Of a stretch of 64,000 nucleotides of DNA, positions 1 to 9,509 are shown in pieces (position 1 is the first letter of the stretch; the number at the start of each line of letters is the position of its first letter). Both the position numbers and the translations under genes were made by a program. Under the pieces are notes generated by a model. The model saw nothing but the letters and a program-made list of their open reading frames with translations. It did no database searches and was not told the DNA's origin. Where the stretch lies: the IMG/VR virus record IMGVR_UViG_3300036827_000193, positions 1 through 64,000 of that record. The stretch is one strand, 5' to 3'. This DNA comes from a virus.

Positions 1-412
1 CGTAGCCCGAGACATAGGGGTAGTCGGACGCCGGAGCGGCGTAGGCGGCGGGCGAATAGGTCTTGTAGGGGACCATGATTCCGGGGCCGGAATATTGCGG
101 ACCCTGGTTGACCACGTAGATCGGCGACGGCGCGACCACCGTCGGCTGGGCATAGACGACCGAGCGCCCGCCGCAGCCGCATCCGCTCGAACCGTAGGAG
201 ATGGCCGGCGCGGCGTAGGTGATCGGCGCCGCATAGGCCGCGGTGCCGCAGCCGCCGCAGCCGCCCGCATAACCCGCATAGACGGACGGCGCAGCATAGC
301 CGAAGGGCTGCGCCGAGGCGCCCCAATCGCAACAGCCGGCAGACGCAATCGAAGTCATGCCGACGGTGAAGAGTGTGGTGATGGCCATGAGGCCGAGGCG
401 GTGCAGAGACAT
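1..412 (-). CDS. Secreted Gly/Tyr/Pro/Cys-rich hypothetical protein (runs off the window start)
   Basis: Manual translation from ATG 412 with GGGAG RBS: MSLHRLGLMAITTLFTVGMTSIASAGCCDWG...PIYVVNQGPQYSGPG; signal-peptide-like start; not in the ORF track. Confidence 0.7.
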   Translation of the reverse strand, partial: MSLHRLGLMAITTLFTVGMTSIASAGCCDWGASAQPFGYAAPSVYAGYAGGCGGCGTAAYAAPITYAAPAISYGSSGCGCGGRSVVYAQPTVVAPSPIYVVNQGPQYSGPGIMVPYKTYSPAAYAAPASDYPYVSGY

Positions 413-428
413 GATACTCCCTTACAGA

Positions 429-1034
429 TCAGCCCCGGTGACGAGGCGTGGTGGGGACAGGAACCGCCCTGCCCGGCGAACTTGACGAGCGACGATCCGG
501 CATCCGATGCCGCGTCCGTCCATCGTTGTCGTAGGTGTCGTTGCCGTACTGGCCGTTGCCGTACTGGCCGTTGCCGTACTGGCCGTTGCCGTACTGGCCA
601 TTCCTCGGCGCAACGATGACCTGAGGCGGATCGTATGGCGGATATTCCGTCACCGGATTCGGAGCGGATTCGATGCCGTATTCGCGGTGGTAGGTCGGTG
701 CCGGCGGCGGCAAGACGCGGTTGGCCGGCGGCTGGATTTCGTGGCGGCCATAGCCCGGACGGCGCCCGGTTGCCGGATAGTAGCCGCGCCCATAAAGGTA
801 ATCGCCGCGCGCATAGTACGGCGCCGGGATCAGCGGCCCATCGACGATGGTCGGCGCGACATGGCCGGGACGTTCAAGACCCCAGTCGCCCTCGACCACG
901 GCACCCGAAACGTCATATCCGTTGAGGATCACCGGAACGTCGGGACGGCCGGGAATGACGATGACCGGCTCGTGCTGGGCGAGCGCGGGCAACGTGCTTC
1001 CTGCGACCATCAACGCCGCGTAGACAAAACGCAT
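429..1034 (-). CDS. Secreted proline-rich hypothetical protein
   Basis: MRFVYAALMVAGSTLPALA signal peptide, PVIVIPGRPDVPVI motif, NGQYG repeats near the C-terminus. Confidence 0.7.
   Translation of the reverse strand: MRFVYAALMVAGSTLPALAQHEPVIVIPGRPDVPVILNGYDVSGAVVEGDWGLERPGHVAPTIVDGPLIPAPYYARGDYLYGRGYYPATGRRPGYGRHEIQPPANRVLPPPAPTYHREYGIESAPNPVTEYPPYDPPQVIVAPRNGQYGNGQYGNGQYGNGQYGNDTYDNDGRTRHRMPDRRSSSSPGRAVPVPTTPRHRG
541..601. repeat. 15-bp tandem repeat, about 4 copies, encoding NGQYG
   Basis: (ttgccgtactggccg)n read directly; in frame within 429..1034. Confidence 0.9.
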
Positions 1035-1215
1035 GGGCAACCCGAATATTTCCAAACACTTTACGGAAATACGGGCGTGAATTCGTTTATTTCGGCCGGA
1101 TCGCAATGGTGAATTGCGCGGTAACATTAATCATCGGCTACTTTTGCGCGTTGTGCGGGCAGCACGCCGATGCAATCGATTGGCGGGACGGGCGACAAAG
1201 GCCGTCCGCTTCTAT

Positions 1216-1479
1216 TTACGGACCATCGCGCCAGATCAGCCGCCGCGCGAGAACATTGCGCAGCGCGGCGGCAAATGCGCAGAGCAGCGCAAAAGCGAGC
1301 GCCGCCCCGACAAGTTCGCGGACGTTCGCCGCCGCCGAATGCGGCTCGCGCCATGGCGCGAATAGCTTGAATGCCGCGGCGAGCACCCCGATGGCCGCGC
1401 CGTAGGCCGCCGCGCGGACCGTGTTCCAGAGCTGCGGCGGCGAACGATCGTCGGCCGCGCGATAGAACAGCAACGGCAT
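1216..1479 (-). CDS. Small membrane protein with two TM helices
   Basis: 87-aa ORF abutting the cupin gene, two hydrophobic segments. Confidence 0.6.
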   Translation of the reverse strand: MPLLFYRAADDRSPPQLWNTVRAAAYGAAIGVLAAAFKLFAPWREPHSAAANVRELVGAALAFALLCAFAAALRNVLARRLIWRDGP

Positions 1480-2352
1480 CTATTCAGCGGCCTGCACGCT
1501 CTCCGGCCGGTGCATTTCGATGCCGGCGAGATCGGGCAGCACGAGGCACACGATTTCGGTCGGCTCGCGCGCCACGAAACTCGCCTCCTCGCCCTCATCG
1601 AGGTGGAGAGCAGTCAGCGGGCGATAGGGTTGATCGTGGACGATGCCGGTTCCGGCCACCACCAGATACACGCTGCGCGCCTCGGCGCGATAGGTTGCGC
1701 CCGGCGCAAGCTTCACGAGCGTCGCACCGCATTGCCGCTCAGTGAACGTGCCGAGAAATTTCTGCGACACGCCCGGCATATCGGCGACTGGCAGCCAATC
1801 ATAATGCGACGGGTCGACCATGATCGGATCGCGATAGCGCGGCTTGGGGTATTCCATGCGCTGGCCGTGCACGTGCTCCCAGATCGCCTGGTAGCCGTCG
1901 GTGTTGCGGCGGCCTTCGGCGTCGTCGTTGCGCCGGAAAATGCCGCCCTCGAACGTGCCGAATTTCTTCAGTTCGTTCTGGCCGGCGAACACTTCCTCGC
2001 GCGACAGATATCCGCTGCCGCTGGCGCTGCCGAACTGCAGCACCGCGGTGACGGCCTTGCCATCCGAGGACTGCGGGCCATAGGCCGCGCCTTCCGGAAA
2101 ATAACCGAACGTGCCGGCGCTCATCTTGCCGTTGCGGTCGAAATTCATGGTGCCTTCGACCTGGAAACGGAACTGATCGAAGTTGTGCCGGTGCCGCGGC
2201 GAAGCGAAATCGCCCTCGAGCTTACCGACGTTGAACTGGAAGTTGCCGAGCGTACCCGGCGTGCCATTGAGCAGATGCCGGTAATGGAACGTCCCGCCGC
2301 GGTGCTGCAGGCCGCGTTTCCATTCCACCTCATCGCCTTGGACAATCTGCAT
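1480..2352 (-). CDS. Cupin-fold (bicupin-like) hypothetical protein
   Basis: SPRHRHNFDQFRF metal-binding cupin motif; start MQIVQG at 2352. Confidence 0.75.
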   Translation of the reverse strand: MQIVQGDEVEWKRGLQHRGGTFHYRHLLNGTPGTLGNFQFNVGKLEGDFASPRHRHNFDQFRFQVEGTMNFDRNGKMSAGTFGYFPEGAAYGPQSSDGKAVTAVLQFGSASGSGYLSREEVFAGQNELKKFGTFEGGIFRRNDDAEGRRNTDGYQAIWEHVHGQRMEYPKPRYRDPIMVDPSHYDWLPVADMPGVSQKFLGTFTERQCGATLVKLAPGATYRAEARSVYLVVAGTGIVHDQPYRPLTALHLDEGEEASFVAREPTEIVCLVLPDLAGIEMHRPESVQAAE

Positions 2353-2758
2353 GGCCGTTTTCCCTTTGTTTCGGTCGCGAGCAAGAATGCGTCGCAATCA
2401 TCTTATTCCGTCTTCGATCGACTGTCAGGCCCTGCAATCCTGCGTCCACTGTGAGACGAATTCGTCTGGCAACCCAACACGTTGACCTCCTGAAATGACA
2501 TGAGGCGAGTGCCAGGCGCAGCGCCGCCACGCCACTCGCTGCGGGCGAAATGTCGCACGCAGAGGTGGTGCAGCTTTGCTTCAGCCCATGAATGTAGGGC
2601 AACGCGGGTGCGACGACGCGTGACGCTGGCTCATAATTCATTCCTCCACTAACATCACCCCGGTCGATCGAGGGGGACGTGGGGAACGGCACGCCCGGTG
2701 CGTGTGCCCGGCCGCGCCATGCGTCATGGTGCGCCATCTCCGCCAGTGAGGAGCGTTC

Positions 2759-4825
2759 ATGGAAACGGACATGCTGCATTCGGCATGGCATGCCCTGCTG
2801 ATCATTCTTGATCCAGTGCGATTGGCGTATCTGTTCGGCGGCGTTTGCATGGGCCTTTCGCTCGGCATCCTGCCCGGCATCGGCGGGATTGCCGGTACCG
2901 CCCTGCTGCTGCCCTTCACCTATAACCTCGATCCGCCGACCGCCTTCGCCCTGCTGCTGGGTCTCGGCGCGACGACGACCACCGCCGACCCGATATCGGC
3001 GATCCTGTTCGGCGCGCCCGGACACGCGGCGTCCGCGGCGACAACTCTCGACGGCTATCCGATGACCCGGCGCGGCGAGGCCGGCCGGGCGCTCGGCGCC
3101 TCCTATATGGCGGCCTTGATCGGCGGATTGTTCGGCGCCGCGCTGATGGCCGTGGCGTTGCCGGTGCTGCGGCCCATCATCCTCTACATCGGTTCGCCGG
3201 AACTGCTCGGCGTCGCCGTGTTCGGCATTTCGATGGTGGCCGTGCTGTCGGGCAACTCGCCGCTGCGCGGGCTGACCACCGCCTGCTTCGGCATGATGCT
3301 GGCGATGATCGGCACCGATCCGCAGTCCGGCACCCTGCGCTGGACGATGGACAGCCTCTATCTCTGGGACGGCTTGCCGCTGGTGCCGCTGACGCTCGGG
3401 ATATTTGCGCTGCCCGAACTCTGCGACCTCGCGATCGGCCGCATGGCGATCGTGGCCGAAGGCCAGACCATCGACACCAAGACCGGCATGATGCTTGGCG
3501 TGAAGGATTGCATGCGGCATTGGTTCCTGATCCTGCGCTGCTCCTGGATCGGTTCCGCGATGGGCGCGATCCCCGGCATCGGCGCCTCGGTGATCGACTG
3601 GATTTCCTATGGCCACGCGCTGCGCACCGAGAAAGGCGCGCAGGAAAGCTTTGGCAAGGGCGACGTGCGCGGCGTCATCGCGGCGGAGAGCGCCACCAAT
3701 GCGCGCGAAGGCGGCGCGCTCGTCCCCACCGTCGCGTTCGGCGTGCCGTCGAGCGCCGGCATGGCGATCCTGCTCGGCGCCTTCCTCATCCATGGCCTGG
3801 TGCCCGGACCAGAGATGCTCACCAAGCATCTCGACATCACCTATTCGATGGTGTGGAGCATCGCCATCGCCAACATTCTCGGCTCGGGCCTGTGCTTCGC
3901 GTTCAGCGGCCAGCTCGCGAAGATCGCGACGCTACGCTACACGCTGTTCATGCCGGGCGTGCTGAGCCTGGTTTACATCGGTTCGTTCGAGGCGTCGCGG
4001 AACTGGGGCGACCTGTTCTCGCTGATGTTCTTCGGCGTGTTGGGCTGGGCGATGAAGCACTTCAAGTGGCCGCGGCCGCCACTGGTGCTCGGCTTCATCC
4101 TCGGCGACGTGCTCGAACGCTACATGTTCATCTCGATCGAGCGTTACGGCGTGTCGTGGATGTTGCGTCCCGTCGTCGTCGTCATGTTCACCATGGCGGG
4201 TCTCAGCCTGCTGCGGCCGTTGCTGCAGGACATCCGCATCCATGGCGGCCTCAAGAAGATGGTGTCCGAGTTCGGTCATCCCATCTTCGCGAGCGACAAT
4301 CTGTTCCCGACGGCGCTGCTGTGCCTGTTCAGCTGGATGCTGTTGCAGTCGTTCCAATGGAGCTTCGCGGCCCGCATCATCCCGACCATCGTCGGCGTGG
4401 GGGCACTGCTGTTCTGCACGCTCAGCCTGCTGAACGAAATATTCGGTCTGCACGAACGCGATGGCGGGAAACCAATAATTGGTGCCGACGGCAAGGTGAT
4501 CGAGCAAAAGATCCACATGGACATTGCATCCAAGACCGCGCATCTGCCCGGCAATGTCATTCTCGCGCGCGGCGGCCTGTTCTTCGGCTGGATGCTCAGC
4601 TTCATGGCTGTCATGGCTGTGATCGGGCTCATTCCGACGGTACCGATCTTCATCATCTCCTACATGCGGTTCGAGGGCCGCGAGCCATGGAAGATCGCCA
4701 TCCCGATGGCCGCCGTCATGGTGCTGCTGATCTACGTCGTGTTCGATCAACTGCTGGCGATTCCGTGGCCGCCGACCTTGGCGGGCATGTACTTCCCGGC
4801 GCTGAAGTTCATTCCGAGCGTGTGA
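2759..4825 (+). CDS. tctA: Tripartite tricarboxylate transporter permease TctA with C-terminal TctB-like fusion
   Basis: GILPGIG, TTLDGYPM, GVIAAESATNA and PTVAFGVPSS motifs; many TM helices; 688 aa. Confidence 0.9.
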   Translation: METDMLHSAWHALLIILDPVRLAYLFGGVCMGLSLGILPGIGGIAGTALLLPFTYNLDPPTAFALLLGLGATTTTADPISAILFGAPGHAASAATTLDGYPMTRRGEAGRALGASYMAALIGGLFGAALMAVALPVLRPIILYIGSPELLGVAVFGISMVAVLSGNSPLRGLTTACFGMMLAMIGTDPQSGTLRWTMDSLYLWDGLPLVPLTLGIFALPELCDLAIGRMAIVAEGQTIDTKTGMMLGVKDCMRHWFLILRCSWIGSAMGAIPGIGASVIDWISYGHALRTEKGAQESFGKGDVRGVIAAESATNAREGGALVPTVAFGVPSSAGMAILLGAFLIHGLVPGPEMLTKHLDITYSMVWSIAIANILGSGLCFAFSGQLAKIATLRYTLFMPGVLSLVYIGSFEASRNWGDLFSLMFFGVLGWAMKHFKWPRPPLVLGFILGDVLERYMFISIERYGVSWMLRPVVVVMFTMAGLSLLRPLLQDIRIHGGLKKMVSEFGHPIFASDNLFPTALLCLFSWMLLQSFQWSFAARIIPTIVGVGALLFCTLSLLNEIFGLHERDGGKPIIGADGKVIEQKIHMDIASKTAHLPGNVILARGGLFFGWMLSFMAVMAVIGLIPTVPIFIISYMRFEGREPWKIAIPMAAVMVLLIYVVFDQLLAIPWPPTLAGMYFPALKFIPSV

Positions 4826-4922
4826 ACGGCCGACTGCCGGCGCGGCATTTCGCAGGCTTGCTGGCCTGACGGCCGCACGGTATTTTTGCCGATTGGAGCC
4901 GCCTGACACAAATGAGGGCGCC

Positions 4923-6788
4923 ATGAAACGCTGGTCGCTACTGGTCGCAATTTTCTTTGCGCTCGCGGGGCTGTTTGCCGCGCCGGCGCGCGCGGACTTT
5001 TCCGACGATCAGAAAGCCTGCAACAACGGCGCGACCGATCCGGATGTCGGCATCCCCGCCTGCACGCGTCAGGTCGCCTCAGGCCGTTTCAAGGGCCACG
5101 ATCTCGCGATCACGTTTTACAATCGCGGCAACTTCTGGAACCGGAAGTCTGATTACGACCACGCCATCGCCGACTACGACCAGGCGCTCCAGCTCGATCC
5201 GAACTACGGCTATGCCTACGGCAATCGCGGCCGGGCCTGGTACAACAAGGACAACCTCGACAAGGCGCTTGCCGATCTCAACGACGCGATCCGGATCAAT
5301 CCGCAAAACGCCATCGAGTACAATTCCCGCGGCAACGTGTGGAAGGATAAAGGCGATCTCGACAAGGCCATGGCCGATTACAATCAGGCCATCCACTTCG
5401 ATAACAAATTCGCCTCCGCCTACTACAATCGCGGCGCCGCGTGGGGCTCGAAGGGCAATGACGACCGCGCCATGGCCGACTACGATCAGGCCATCAAGCT
5501 CGATCCGAACTACGGCTACGCCTACGGCAACCGTGGCCGCATCTGGTACAACAAGAACAACCTCGACAAGGCGCTCGCCGACCTGAACGAGGCGATCCGC
5601 ATCAACCCGAGGAACTCGGTCGAATACAACTCCCGCGGCAACGTCTGGCGTGACAAGAAGGATCCAGATCGCGCCATCGCCGACTACAATTTGGCGATCC
5701 AGTTGGATCCGAAAGACGCGTTCGTTTACAACAATCGGGGCAATGCCTGGACCGACAAGGGCAATTTCGCCGCCGCCATCGCCGACTACGGTCAGGCCAT
5801 CGCCATCGATCCCGCCTACACCGCCGCGTTCACCAACCGCGGGCTCGCCTACGAGAAAAAGGGCGACACCGACAGCGCGCGCGCCGACTACAATGCGGCG
5901 CTTGCCGTCCCGGAGAAATACAGCAACGGCAAATGGGCGCACGACACTGCCACCAAGCATCTGGCGTCGCTGCCGGCCTCGACCGGGCGCGCATCCGCGA
6001 GCCGTCAGCCGAGCGGCCCGGTTGCGGTCGTGACGCCGCCGTTCGTACCGCAAGTGCCGCTGCGTCCGGCTGCATCGGGATTTGATCCCGGCCGCCGCGT
6101 CGCGCTGGTGATCGGCAACTCGTCCTACTCCGCCGTGCCGCAACTGCCGAACCCGCGCCACGATTCCGAAACCGTCGCCGACGCGTTGCGTCGCCTCGGC
6201 TTCAAGACCGTGACTCTATTGACCGATCTCACCCGCGAGAAGCTGATCGACGCGTTGCGAAAATTCGCGCGCGACGCCGAGAACGCGGACTGGGCGCTGG
6301 TCTACTACGCGGGCCACGGCATCGAAATGAACGGCACCAATTACCTGATCCCGATCGACGCCAAGCTCGAGATCGACCGCGATGTCGAATTCGAGGCGAT
6401 CCCGCTCTCCCAGGTGATGAGCGCGGTCGAAGGCGCGAAGAAAATGCGTCTGGTGATGCTCGATGCCTGCCGCGACAATCCCTTCGCCCACCAGATGCGG
6501 CGCTCGATCGGGACCAGATCGGTCAGCCGCGGGCTCGCGGCCGTCGAGCCGGAGGCCGGCACCCTCGTCGTCTATGCGGCCAAGGACGGCCAGACCGCGC
6601 TCGACGGCGACAGCGGCAACAGCCCATTCGTCTCCGCGCTGGTCAAGGAGATGACGACGCCGGGCCTCGAGATCCGCAAGCTGTTCGACCTCGTGCGCGA
6701 CGACGTGCTCGACGCCACCCATAACCGGCAGCAGCCCTTCACCTACGGCTCGGTCTCCGGACGCGAGGATTTCTTTTTCGCCAAGTGA
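4923..6788 (+). CDS. Secreted TPR-repeat plus caspase-family (peptidase C14) protein
   Basis: Signal peptide, tandem 34-aa TPRs (YNRG..W..KGD.D.A.ADY.QAI.LDP), RRVALVIGN, YYAGHG and LDACR catalytic motifs. Confidence 0.9.
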   Translation: MKRWSLLVAIFFALAGLFAAPARADFSDDQKACNNGATDPDVGIPACTRQVASGRFKGHDLAITFYNRGNFWNRKSDYDHAIADYDQALQLDPNYGYAYGNRGRAWYNKDNLDKALADLNDAIRINPQNAIEYNSRGNVWKDKGDLDKAMADYNQAIHFDNKFASAYYNRGAAWGSKGNDDRAMADYDQAIKLDPNYGYAYGNRGRIWYNKNNLDKALADLNEAIRINPRNSVEYNSRGNVWRDKKDPDRAIADYNLAIQLDPKDAFVYNNRGNAWTDKGNFAAAIADYGQAIAIDPAYTAAFTNRGLAYEKKGDTDSARADYNAALAVPEKYSNGKWAHDTATKHLASLPASTGRASASRQPSGPVAVVTPPFVPQVPLRPAASGFDPGRRVALVIGNSSYSAVPQLPNPRHDSETVADALRRLGFKTVTLLTDLTREKLIDALRKFARDAENADWALVYYAGHGIEMNGTNYLIPIDAKLEIDRDVEFEAIPLSQVMSAVEGAKKMRLVMLDACRDNPFAHQMRRSIGTRSVSRGLAAVEPEAGTLVVYAAKDGQTALDGDSGNSPFVSALVKEMTTPGLEIRKLFDLVRDDVLDATHNRQQPFTYGSVSGREDFFFAK

Positions 6789-6888
6789 ACTGTCGCCGTG
6801 AATCGTCACGGTGAATCGTCCCGGTGCATCGTCTCGCCGGTTGTCGCCCGCGTGTGGCTCACGACCGACGACGCCGCACCTGAAACAC

Positions 6889-7071
6889 TTATCGCGCCGG
6901 GGCTTCGATCGGAGCGCAATTTGTGCGGCCGGACAGGACGCAATCTCCCATCCGGCCGCTGCTGTAAAGTTCGCGCGCCAGCAGCCATCCGACCACGAAA
7001 ATAATCACGACCACAGCCAGTCCGATCAGCGGGCCGCGCCTGCTGTCGTTGTCTCCATCATCGTCGGCCAT
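6889..7071 (-). CDS. Small single-TM hypothetical protein
   Basis: TM helix followed by DCVLSGRTNCAPI. Confidence 0.6.
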   Translation of the reverse strand: MADDDGDNDSRRGPLIGLAVVVIIFVVGWLLARELYSSGRMGDCVLSGRTNCAPIEAPAR

Positions 7072-7177
7072 GCTGATCCCAGTGTCGCGCGCAACGTCAT
7101 CGCATTCGGACTATTCTGAACGAAGCCGCATCGACCTAGCAAGTATCGGTGAAACCTCACGGCTCGATATCTGGTCA

Positions 7178-7369
7178 TCAAGATAGAGTATTAACATCGT
7201 CCCTTCCGCTGCCATCCTGTTGCTTCTTGAGTTTGCGTTCGGCCTCTTCCGCACACTTTTCCCACGCGTCAGCTATTTCGAGCAGCACTGACCGGTCTTT
7301 TGCCGCGGCTCTTTCAGCCAGACGTTTGCACTCCTCCGCATACTCGCGAAACTTTTGGACGTTTTCCAT
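7178..7369 (-). CDS. Small helical hypothetical protein
   Basis: MENVQKFREYAEECKRLA...VLLEIADAWEKCAEEAE. Confidence 0.6.
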   Translation of the reverse strand: MENVQKFREYAEECKRLAERAAAKDRSVLLEIADAWEKCAEEAERKLKKQQDGSGRDDVNTLS

Positions 7370-7509
7370 GACACATCCACATTTCAATTGTTCCAGTGTT
7401 CCAAATGGCAACCGGTGACGAGATGCGGAGTTCCGCATCAAATCTGGATTGCATCGGGAACCGAATCGCGGGCTTTGCAGTTTGGCTGCGGTAAGCGGGG
7501 TTCGGCTGC

Positions 7510-7677
7510 ATGGTTTCCGGGGATCCATCGAAGCGCTACAGACGCTACGCCGCCGAGTGCATCAGGTTGGCGCAACTCTCCCGCGACCAAAAAGAAAAGA
7601 ACGTGCTGTTGCAGATGGCAGAAACGTGGCAGCGGCTGGCGGATGAAGCCGAAACGAAACAAACCCGCAAAGAATGA
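7510..7677 (+). CDS. Small helical hypothetical protein, paralog of 7178..7369
   Basis: Manual translation MVSGDPSKRYRRYAAECIRLA...VLLQMAETWQRLADEAE; same pattern. Confidence 0.6.
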   Translation: MVSGDPSKRYRRYAAECIRLAQLSRDQKEKNVLLQMAETWQRLADEAETKQTRKE

Positions 7678-7683
7678 AATCCG

Positions 7684-7899
7684 CTATTGATCAACCTCAA
7701 CTCCCGCCTTGCGCGGGAGCATTGCTTTGTCGCTGGGAAGCCGGGCGATACAACGGCCGAATTTCCAAATTTCAACGTCGTGGCCGCTCACCACCGAACC
7801 CACACATCGGACTGCATGCGCGTCGTCATCGCACTCAACTTGATGTGCTCTCAGATATCGACCGTCGCTACCCAATACGAGGATGCGATAGCTAATCAT
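7684..7899 (-). CDS. Small hypothetical protein
   Basis: YRILVLGSDG...VECDDDAHA...GHDVEIW pattern, typical of rhizobial small proteins. Confidence 0.55.
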   Translation of the reverse strand: MISYRILVLGSDGRYLRAHQVECDDDAHAVRCVGSVVSGHDVEIWKFGRCIARLPSDKAMLPRKAGVEVDQ

Positions 7900-8006
7900 C
7901 TCCGGTTCCCCTCGACGACTGTCCCGAGGGTCCCCACTAGCCGACGATTGCGATGAAAGGGTTGCCCGCGCCGTCGCAATTTTACAGAGCGCAAACGCCG
8001 GTGGAA

Positions 8007-8273
8007 TCAGCCGGCCAATTTCAGGCGATCACCTTTTGGTCCGAATCGCGACGCGAAAATGGCGGCATCGAATTCGTCTTCAAAACAGTAACGGACGAAG
8101 ACCGCGTATTCGTCCTCAACATACATGTCGAATTTCCCGGCGCTGTTTTCCAGGAATTCGAATATCTCGCCCTCTTCCCAAAGCTTGCGTCGTTCGAGCA
8201 CCACTTGATACGGCAGTTCCTCGTCCAGTTTTTTCAGCCACGCAGTTCTTTTGTCTCTTTTGTCCGAATCCAT
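8007..8273 (-). CDS. Hypothetical protein
   Basis: 88-aa ORF with GAGG RBS, VRYCF..E.DA..F..RF motif. Confidence 0.6.
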   Translation of the reverse strand: MDSDKRDKRTAWLKKLDEELPYQVVLERRKLWEEGEIFEFLENSAGKFDMYVEDEYAVFVRYCFEDEFDAAIFASRFGPKGDRLKLAG

Positions 8274-8569
8274 GGTTGCCTCTCCTCGACTCAGACCGCC
8301 GAATGTTCATGTTTCGTTCCCTTAAGTCAAGGGCCGGGATGCGATGACGGTCGAGACGTTTGGCGAGGCATTGTCATGGGCTGCCTCTCGTCATTCTCCA
8401 GGCATTGCTGTTTCTCCGGTCTCGCATCATCTGCCTTGATATAACCAGAGGATGCTGGGCCTATCCGCCCGGATCGGGTAATTCAGACTGCACTAACCAA
8501 TTCACCGTGAATCTTTAGCGAACAAACCTTGTAGAAGTTGGTGCCCAGAGAAAGTTGAGTCATTGATTA

Positions 8570-8644
8570 GCCGGGTTAGCTCAGCGGTAGAGCAGCGGTT
8601 TTGTAAACCGTTGGTCGGGAGTTCAATCCTCTCACCCGGCACCA
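8570..8644 (+). tRNA. tRNA-Thr: tRNA-Thr (anticodon TGT)
   Basis: Acceptor stem GCCGGGT/ACCCGGC, D arm AGCTCAGCGGTAGAGC, anticodon arm CGGTT-TTGTAAA-CCG region, GTTCAAT T loop, encoded CCA. Confidence 0.97.
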
Positions 8645-8752
8645 CAACAAAATCAAGGTTTTTGCGATGGCGCAGGCGTTTCTGCCACGTCGCCGAAGGC
8701 CGAATCCGCCGAATCCGCCGAATCTAAGCGCGATCTCCCGTATCGCAAAAGA

Positions 8753-8886
8753 GGTCACAACGGCATCGGTGACGATGTCGTTGACCAGCGGTCACAAAGC
8801 AGATCGAGGAGCGGCAGCAAGACCGCGCCGCCATGGCCCGTTCCACCACCGCCCGCTGCGCACGGTGGGTCACAAAATGGGTCACA
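8753..8886 (+). repeat. GGTCACA direct repeats (4 copies), candidate integrase arm-type sites
   Basis: Copies at 8753, 8790, 8868 and 8880 (tandem GGGTCACAAAATGGGTCACA), 110-240 bp from the tRNA 3' end. Confidence 0.55.
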
Positions 8887-9078
8887 GGATTTTCGGCCGC
8901 CGCCCGGCGTCTCGCGCGAAGCCTTCGACGCGCTGCTCGCGCGGTGCGTCCGCACCCCGCCAGGATCGCTGGCCGCTCGAGCGCGGTTCGAGCGCGCTTG
9001 CGATGATGCCGACCCCGAGGATGTCAATCCAGGCGTCACCGACGATCCGCTGCTGGCGGCGCTGCGGAGGGGGCGGCG

Positions 9079-9282
9079 ATGACAGCGCGCGCCATCGAAC
9101 GCGAGATCGAGGACTTCTGCCGACGCGAAGGCATGTGGGTCGGCGTGCCGACGAGGTTCCCGTTCGGCGTTCCGGCAATCCGGGTCAAGAGCAAGCGCGG
9201 CGGCTGGATCAATGTGCAGATCGCTGACCTTGCCGAGCACCTTGCGGTCGCGCTGGCCCACCAGCGAGGGATTGCAGCATGA
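9079..9282 (+). CDS. Phage hypothetical protein
   Basis: GGAGG RBS; stop overlaps next start (ATGA). Confidence 0.55.
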   Translation: MTARAIEREIEDFCRREGMWVGVPTRFPFGVPAIRVKSKRGGWINVQIADLAEHLAVALAHQRGIAA

Positions 9283-9509
9283 GCCAGCGCTCCATCATCG
9301 AGATCAACCACGACTGCTCGCACCTGATCGACCGGGAGGGCGGGCGCTTTGTCGATCTATTGTTGCGGGCACTCGCGAGCGGGGCAGACCGAAGCTGGGA
9401 GGACCTTGAGCGCTTCGGCATTCGCCGTATCGTGCAGTGCCACCATAGCGAGGATCGCAAGGTGGTGGTCGGCGCCGGCGGGCTCCAGCGGGAGTACCCG
9501 TTCGCATGA
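9279..9509 (+). CDS. Phage hypothetical protein
   Basis: Translationally coupled on both sides; MSQRSIIEINHD. Confidence 0.65.
   Translation: MSQRSIIEINHDCSHLIDREGGRFVDLLLRALASGADRSWEDLERFGIRRIVQCHHSEDRKVVVGAGGLQREYPFA

Noticed and set aside
541-601. Short repeat array as CRISPR
   Set aside because: No spacers; in-frame coding repeat; no cas genes in the window
4923-6788. TPR-caspase as a defence system
   Set aside because: Secreted architecture common in this group of bacteria; no partner defence genes nearby
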